Source: Promethearchaeota archaeon
GTDB lineage: Archaea; Asgardarchaeota; Lokiarchaeia; Sigyniarchaeales; SOKP01
DNA: 11,473 bases
Assembly: GCA_048938855.1 (NCBI GenBank)
Contig: JBHLLT010000051.1
Span: 1 to 11,473, forward strand
Direction of reading: 5' to 3'
Part shown: in pieces, positions 6,391-11,473 of the stretch
Position numbering within the stretch: position 1 is the stretch's first letter
Layout of the letters: each line of letters begins with the position of its first letter
Notes under the pieces: model-generated
What the model saw: the letters and a program-made list of their open reading frames with translations, nothing else
The model's database searches: none
Told to the model about the DNA's origin: nothing
Program-made: the position numbers and the translations under genes

Positions 6391-8565
6391 ATGACTGAAA
6401 GGACTATTAATCTACCTATTGTGTTCCACCTACACCAACCTGTTGGAAATTTTCCTTGGGTAATTGAGGATGTATATAAAAAAGCATATGAACCCCTTAT
6501 TAATCAGCTTTTCGAATTTAAAGAGATTAAAATAACCCTTCATTTTTCTGGTAATTTATTAGAATGGTTTTTAAATAATAAACCTGATTTTGTAAAGAAG
6601 GTTAAGATTATGGCTAAACGAAACCAGCTTGAAATTATCGGTGGAGGTTATTATGAACCCATTTTTGCGATTATCCCTTATCGAGATAAAATAGCTCAAA
6701 TGAAAAAATTAGCTGATTTGATTAGAGAAGAATTTGGATTAGACGTTAATGGGGCTTGGTTATCAGAAAGAGTATGGGAACCAGATTATCCTTCATTCTT
6801 GAATGATGCAGGATTGAAATATGTTCTCGTTGACGATAATCATTTTAGATCTACAGGAATTACTGAAGAAGGTACATTATATTCTTATATTACAGAAGAT
6901 GAAGGAAAATCATTAAGGATATTTCCTATTAATGAATATGTGAGATATTTGATTCCTTGGAAACCCACGTATATGACAATTGATTATCTGAGAAAGAACG
7001 CAGATGAGAAAGGGAATAGAGTTGCAGTACTAATGTCTGATGCAGAAAAGATGGGGGTTTGGGGAACAACACACAAGATCTGTTATGTAGAAGGACAAGG
7101 ACATCAAGAAGGAGACGAAGGTAAACCTTTTATCCCAGCATTTTTAGAGCAAATTAGAAGGAACCCCTGGATACAAACACTTACTCTTTCTGAATACATG
7201 AGTAAATTTCCAGCTAAAAGTTTAGTTTATCTCCCAACAGCTAGCTATGACAAAATGGAAGAATGGGTATTACCAACACAAATACGAAAAAATTTTAAGA
7301 AAATCCAAAAAATGTTTAGAGAAGATGAAGCAAGTAAGGAAATATATCAATTTATTCATGGAGGATTTTGGAGATATTTCTTAGTAAAATATCCAGAATC
7401 CAATAATATGCATAAAAAGATGCTTCACATAAGAAATAAACTTATCATTGTTGAAGAAAACTTATTAAAAGTTCAGAATGAACAATTGGCTTCTATAATC
7501 TTAAAAAAAATAGCTGAAGCATGGGATGAGATCTATAAAGCACAATGCAATGATTGTTATTGGCATGGATTATTCGGAGGAGTTTATTTACAGTTTTTAA
7601 GATTTTCAAATTATACTCATTTAATAAACGCTGAGAAAATAATAGATGAAATAAACATCTTAATTAATCAGAAGCTTAAAAACTATGTTTATATAATTCC
7701 GATCGACTTCTTTAAAGATAGTAGAACAGAATATTTAATAGAATCTGATATAATTAACGTATACATTAATCCTAACGATGGTGGAACCATATTTGAGTTA
7801 GATTATAAACCTAAATCCTACAATCTATTAAATACTATGACTAGGTGGCCAGAAGCATATCATGAGAGTAAAAAGCTTGCAACAAAAGAAGTTTTAGTAG
7901 ATAGATTTAGAAGAAGTCTACTAAGACTTAGATTCTTACATGATGATGTAACGATTGAACAGCTTCATTCCGATCAATATTATGAGTTTGGTGATTTTAT
8001 CGATGGTAATTTTAGAGTTACAAGTACTGAAAAAGATGGAAAAACAGCAATTATTGAAATGGAGAGAATGGGAAGCATAAAGGATCTAGATTCTGATGAT
8101 AGAATCCCAGTTCGAATAACTAAAGATATCTATTTAGAAGATAATGAAATGAAAGTTTCTATAAGGATTATCATTAATGAAATCCCCGGAAAGGAACAAA
8201 CTTTGAATCAACTTGTTAAGAATTTAAATCTAGCAATTGATTTCCCTTTTTTCTTCAATGGTGATACAAACAAATTCCAATGGCAGAGCAAATCTATAGA
8301 TTCTGAATCTGATATAGAAAATAAATTACTTGAACCATTTGAATACATCGGTTCTAATTTTAAAGCCTATGATGAAACATATGATCTTAATTTCGAAATA
8401 GATATCTCCAATAAAGACAATTTGATTAAAATTAAAAAATTTCCAATTATTGCATACACCTACACAGAGCAGGGTTATAAAGAGATATATCAAGGCATAT
8501 GTGTTGTTCCAATTTTTAAACTTGAGAAAAATCTAGAAATTCATCTCACTCTAAAAATTTTCTAG
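6391..8565 (+). CDS. amyA: GH57 alpha-amylase / 4-alpha-glucanotransferase (with DUF1925/DUF1926-like C-terminal domains)
   Basis: All five GH57 conserved regions are present: HLHQP, GGGYYEPI, WLSERVW (catalytic Glu), SDAEKMG (catalytic Asp), AQCNDCYWHG. ASYDKMEEW, GGFWRYFLVKYPESNNMHKKM and NTMTRWPEAYH are typical of the Thermococcales/Dictyoglomus glucanotransferase subgroup. Confidence 0.93.
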   Translation: MTERTINLPIVFHLHQPVGNFPWVIEDVYKKAYEPLINQLFEFKEIKITLHFSGNLLEWFLNNKPDFVKKVKIMAKRNQLEIIGGGYYEPIFAIIPYRDKIAQMKKLADLIREEFGLDVNGAWLSERVWEPDYPSFLNDAGLKYVLVDDNHFRSTGITEEGTLYSYITEDEGKSLRIFPINEYVRYLIPWKPTYMTIDYLRKNADEKGNRVAVLMSDAEKMGVWGTTHKICYVEGQGHQEGDEGKPFIPAFLEQIRRNPWIQTLTLSEYMSKFPAKSLVYLPTASYDKMEEWVLPTQIRKNFKKIQKMFREDEASKEIYQFIHGGFWRYFLVKYPESNNMHKKMLHIRNKLIIVEENLLKVQNEQLASIILKKIAEAWDEIYKAQCNDCYWHGLFGGVYLQFLRFSNYTHLINAEKIIDEINILINQKLKNYVYIIPIDFFKDSRTEYLIESDIINVYINPNDGGTIFELDYKPKSYNLLNTMTRWPEAYHESKKLATKEVLVDRFRRSLLRLRFLHDDVTIEQLHSDQYYEFGDFIDGNFRVTSTEKDGKTAIIEMERMGSIKDLDSDDRIPVRITKDIYLEDNEMKVSIRIIINEIPGKEQTLNQLVKNLNLAIDFPFFFNGDTNKFQWQSKSIDSESDIENKLLEPFEYIGSNFKAYDETYDLNFEIDISNKDNLIKIKKFPIIAYTYTEQGYKEIYQGICVVPIFKLEKNLEIHLTLKIF

Positions 8566-8697
8566 TATTTATATCTATGGTTTTTTAACATATTTGTGAA
8601 TAAGCGTAAAAATGTTGTCGATATCCTATAATTTTATATATATTAAGGATCTAATAAAAGTAAGAAAACATAAAAATACTCATTGGTTTTGACGTTT

Positions 8698-8841
8698 ATG
8701 GGAATTAATGGAAATGGAAAACGGAATGGCTGGACCTACAACAAAGAAACGCTTAAAAATAACATTGAAAACAATAAATTTGTAAAGAATGTTCGTCAAA
8801 AACTAATGGAAGAAAAGCTTCGAAAAAAGGGTAAGAAATAG
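8698..8841 (+). CDS. Small basic hypothetical protein, 47 aa (not in the ORF track)
   Basis: MGINGNGKRNGWTYNKETLKNNIENNKFVKNVRQKLMEEKLRKKGKK*. It fills an otherwise empty 332-bp gap, has purine-rich coding-like composition, a TATA-like TTTTATATAT at 8632-8641 upstream and a T7 tract right after the stop. Confidence 0.65.
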   Translation: MGINGNGKRNGWTYNKETLKNNIENNKFVKNVRQKLMEEKLRKKGKK

Positions 8842-8843
8842 AC

Positions 8844-8890
8844 TTTTTTTATTTTGTTAATTTTATATAATTTTATCTTTCTTTTTGGTT
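8844..8890 (+). terminator. Archaeal-type oligo-T terminator region
   Basis: TTTTTTT at 8844-8850 followed by several more T tracts, directly downstream of the 47-aa ORF. Confidence 0.5.
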
Positions 8891-8897
8891 ATTTATT

Positions 8898-9572
8898 TTA
8901 AGACTCGAATCCAAATTTTCCTATAAGAGGGACAAAACGGACTCCTGTTATTTTTTTTGATTTAAATTCATGTTTACGCTTTTTGATAATATATAAATTT
9001 TGTCCGAAATTTTTTGATCCCGCTGGAATACAAAGGATTCCCCCATCTTTTAATTGATCTCGCAGTGGTATTGGAATTTTTGAGGGTGAAGCTGCAGTTA
9101 CTAATATTTTGTCATAAGGTGCTTGTTCAGGGTATCCTAATGTGCCATCTCCATGAATAACAGTTACAACATTTCCATATCCTGTAATCTCTAGACTTCT
9201 TCTAGCATTTTTTACTAACTTCTCATGGCGCTCTAAAGTAAACACATGACCTGGGTTTTTTGAACCCTTTGGAGCAACTAACTCCGCACATAAAGCAGCA
9301 TGATAACCAGAACCGGTTCCAATCTCTAAAACTTTATCTCCTTCTTTCAATTCTAAATATTCACACATCATGGCATTCATATGGGGTGCACTGATGGTTT
9401 GTCCTAATCCAATTGAAAGAGGAGAATCCATATATGCACTTGATTCAGCATCTTTTGGTACAAATTTATGTCTAGGAACCTTTAACATTGCCCTAATTAC
9501 TTCTGGTTTTGTTAAAATTCCCCTATCTGTGAGACTTTCAACCAATCGCTTTCGTTTTTCTTCAAAATGCAT
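8898..9572 (-). CDS. pcm: Protein-L-isoaspartate O-methyltransferase
   Basis: VPRHKFVP, AYMDSPLSIGLGQTISAPHM, SAM motif VLEIGTGSGYHAA, GDGTLGYPEQAPYDKILVTAA, VRFVPLIG. Confidence 0.96.
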   Translation of the reverse strand: MHFEEKRKRLVESLTDRGILTKPEVIRAMLKVPRHKFVPKDAESSAYMDSPLSIGLGQTISAPHMNAMMCEYLELKEGDKVLEIGTGSGYHAALCAELVAPKGSKNPGHVFTLERHEKLVKNARRSLEITGYGNVVTVIHGDGTLGYPEQAPYDKILVTAASPSKIPIPLRDQLKDGGILCIPAGSKNFGQNLYIIKKRKHEFKSKKITGVRFVPLIGKFGFES

Positions 9573-9629
9573 GTTTAATATTGAAACTATAATGCAATAT
9601 TTATCAAATCTTTAAAAGAAATCATTTCT

Positions 9630-10868
9630 TTATGTTTTAGAAATGATATAAATTTTATCGTTAGCTTTAACTTCATTATTTAAACGTAAATTGAATCTAA
9701 CTGGATCAGAATATTTTTTCCTTGCGATAGATTGTATTTTTTCTCCTTTGTAGATCATAGTCTTTATAGTTTCAATAAAATATGTTGTAACTCCCTCAAT
9801 AATTATTTCATCACCTAATTTTAAAGGGATTTCTAAGTTCTCAAGTAAGACATTAGCAGATTTACTTTTTTTATCAAATGTGAGGATTTTTCCTAAATAA
9901 TGTTTTCTATAACGAGAAACATTACCTCTTTTAATTAATTCAATATCATTTATAGTTGGTCTATGAAAATAAAAACCTGTATGGAAACCACGATTAAATA
10001 CACTTTTAAGTTTATCAAACCAAATTTTTACTTTATCTTTTGTGTAAGTTCCATTAAAATAACTGTCAATTGCTTCTCTATAGCATTCGGTAACAGTTTT
10101 AACATAGAGTGGATCTTTCATTCTTCCTTCTATTTTAAATGCATCAACTTTAGCATTAATTAATTCTGGGATATATTCAATCATGCAAAGATCTTTAGCA
10201 TTTAAAAACATTTGGCCATCATAAATAAATTCATTTTTCTCATCATCAATAACTCTCCATTCTCTCCTACAAGGTTGAATACAGTTACCTCGATTGGCTG
10301 AATGTTCTTCAGAATCACAAATTGTAGCAGAAAAATAACAACGACCTGAAATTGAAGTACACATAGAGCCATGCACAAAACATTCAATCTTGGTTTTGGT
10401 TAAGAGATGCTTTATGAGTTTAATTTGCTGAAGAGATAATTCCCTTGCTAGGATTATCCTTTCAGCACCTAATTCTTCGTAAAATTTAGCAGATTCGACA
10501 TTAGATACATTAGCTTGAGTTGATACATGAAAGTTCATATTATTCCGTTTTGCTATTCTAATTGTGGCAAGATCATGTGCAATGATACCGTCTATTTCGG
10601 CATGTTTTGCCTCTAAAATCAAATTTTCTAAATCTTGTAATTCTCTATCATATATTAAAACATTAGTGGTCAAATACGCCTTTATCAATGGTTTATGGTT
10701 ATGACAATACTCAACAACCCTATTTAAATCTTTTCTTTCAAAGTTTTTTGCTTTTTGTCTCATATTGTATGTATTTATACCAAAATATATGGCATCTGCT
10801 AAATCAATTACTACTTTTAGTGTATTCCAATCTTGAACAGGTGCAAGTAATTCTGGTCGAATTTCCAT
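9630..10868 (-). CDS. Peptidase U32-family Fe-S protein (TrhP/RlhA-like RNA hydroxylase)
   Basis: PELLAP, ADAIYFG, HVSTQANVSN, ILARELSL, ECFVHGSMCTSISGRC, ANRGNCIQPCR (four conserved Cys), FKIEGRMK, and a beta-rich C-terminal domain. Confidence 0.92.
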   Translation of the reverse strand: MEIRPELLAPVQDWNTLKVVIDLADAIYFGINTYNMRQKAKNFERKDLNRVVEYCHNHKPLIKAYLTTNVLIYDRELQDLENLILEAKHAEIDGIIAHDLATIRIAKRNNMNFHVSTQANVSNVESAKFYEELGAERIILARELSLQQIKLIKHLLTKTKIECFVHGSMCTSISGRCYFSATICDSEEHSANRGNCIQPCRREWRVIDDEKNEFIYDGQMFLNAKDLCMIEYIPELINAKVDAFKIEGRMKDPLYVKTVTECYREAIDSYFNGTYTKDKVKIWFDKLKSVFNRGFHTGFYFHRPTINDIELIKRGNVSRYRKHYLGKILTFDKKSKSANVLLENLEIPLKLGDEIIIEGVTTYFIETIKTMIYKGEKIQSIARKKYSDPVRFNLRLNNEVKANDKIYIISKT

Positions 10869-10957
10869 ATTAAAGTTTAAACTACTTTAAAAATAATTTA
10901 TCATATATCAATATAAGATAATCATTTTAAAATTATTAAAGTGAGGGAGACCAAAAA

Positions 10958-11281
10958 ATGAATTCCCCAATGCCAAAATGTAAAATAACTGTATTGAAAA
11001 GAACATTAAATCAGGATTTGATTGATGAATATATTGAGGATCGTTTAAAGGATTTTAAGGCATGTGATATCTTCGAAGATGGTCAAGAAATAATAATAGA
11101 CCCAAATCTAGGACAAGTTCCTGAGGGATTCTGTCATTGGGCATGGTGTGATATTCGGCATGACGTAATGACGATTGCATCGGGAGGTAATTTACGATGG
11201 ATGAAAGATGAGGGTACCATTATTACTGGATGTAGTGATTGGTTCCGACCAGTAATATTTAAAATTGAAAGGTTGGAATAG
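10958..11281 (+). CDS. TIGR04076-family small Cys-containing protein
   Basis: KCKITVLKR...CDIFEDGQE...PEGFCHWAW...CSDWFRPVIFKIERLE matches the family pattern. SD-like GAGGGAG at 10943-10949. Confidence 0.85.
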   Translation: MNSPMPKCKITVLKRTLNQDLIDEYIEDRLKDFKACDIFEDGQEIIIDPNLGQVPEGFCHWAWCDIRHDVMTIASGGNLRWMKDEGTIITGCSDWFRPVIFKIERLE

Positions 11282-11315
11282 TTTGAGATGGTTTTAGTTA
11301 TGCATTAATTGTTCT

Positions 11316-11342
11316 ATGTCCCAAGCCAAAATGTAAAATTAA
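11316..11342 (+). repeat. Direct-repeat copy of the 5' end of the TIGR04076 gene (possible gene relic)
   Basis: GCCAAAATGTAAAAT at 11325-11339 is identical to 10972-10986, and CCCAA precedes both copies (one-base gap). Confidence 0.6.
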
Positions 11343-11403
11343 AAGCATTATAATAATTATTGAAAAATAATTTGGAAATTTTTATAATTTAGGTTGAAAA
11401 ACA

Positions 11404-11473
11404 ATGAAAGTAGTATTATTTAATGGAAGTCCAAGAAAAAAGGGAAATACGTATGAATGTTTAAATATTGTAA
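11404..11473 (+). CDS. Flavodoxin-family / NAD(P)H-dependent FMN reductase or iron-sulfur flavoprotein, 3'-truncated
   Basis: MKVVLFNGSPRKKGNTYECLNIV..., containing the FMN phosphate-binding loop GSPRxxGNT. The frame runs off the end of the window. Confidence 0.85.
   Translation, partial: MKVVLFNGSPRKKGNTYECLNIV

Noticed and set aside
9370-9615. 81-aa plus-strand ORF
   Set aside because: Antisense shadow of pcm.
9963-10163. 66-aa plus-strand ORF
   Set aside because: Antisense to the U32 gene, with Phe/Ile-rich composition typical of non-coding AT-rich frames.
10202-10387. 61-aa minus-strand ORF
   Set aside because: Alternative frame nested in the most conserved part of the U32 gene; no independent signals.
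10688-10873. 61-aa plus-strand ORF
   Set aside because: Antisense shadow of the U32 N-terminus.

Overview
Very AT-rich, gene-dense window with archaeal-type signals (TATA/BRE-like boxes, GGTGA/GAGGGAG-type ribosome-binding sites, oligo-T terminators). The gene style suggests an Asgard archaeon (Lokiarchaeia/Promethearchaeota-like); this is inference, not a database result. Gene order: 5'-truncated alpha-helical TPR/SNAP-like protein (+); B12-binding radical SAM protein (+); stand-alone ArsR-type HTH regulator (-); an 800-bp non-coding region; ribbon-helix-helix regulator with a C-terminal ligand-binding-like domain (+); maltokinase (Mak/Pep2)-like kinase (-) divergent from a GH57 alpha-amylase/4-alpha-glucanotransferase (+); an unannotated 47-aa basic ORF (+); pcm and a U32-family Fe-S protein (-); TIGR04076-type protein (+); start of a flavodoxin-like FMN reductase (+). 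The most notable signals are: (1) five to six copies of a WTACW-N4-WTACA tandem motif clustered on the predicted promoters of both divergent regulators, (2) an apparently archaeal maltokinase paired with GH57 across a perfect 14-bp palindrome, (3) a structured, possibly switchable leader before the B12 radical SAM gene, (4) the small basic ORF missing from the ORF track, and (5) a duplicated fragment of the TIGR04076 gene start. No rRNA, tRNA, CRISPR array or transposase was seen.
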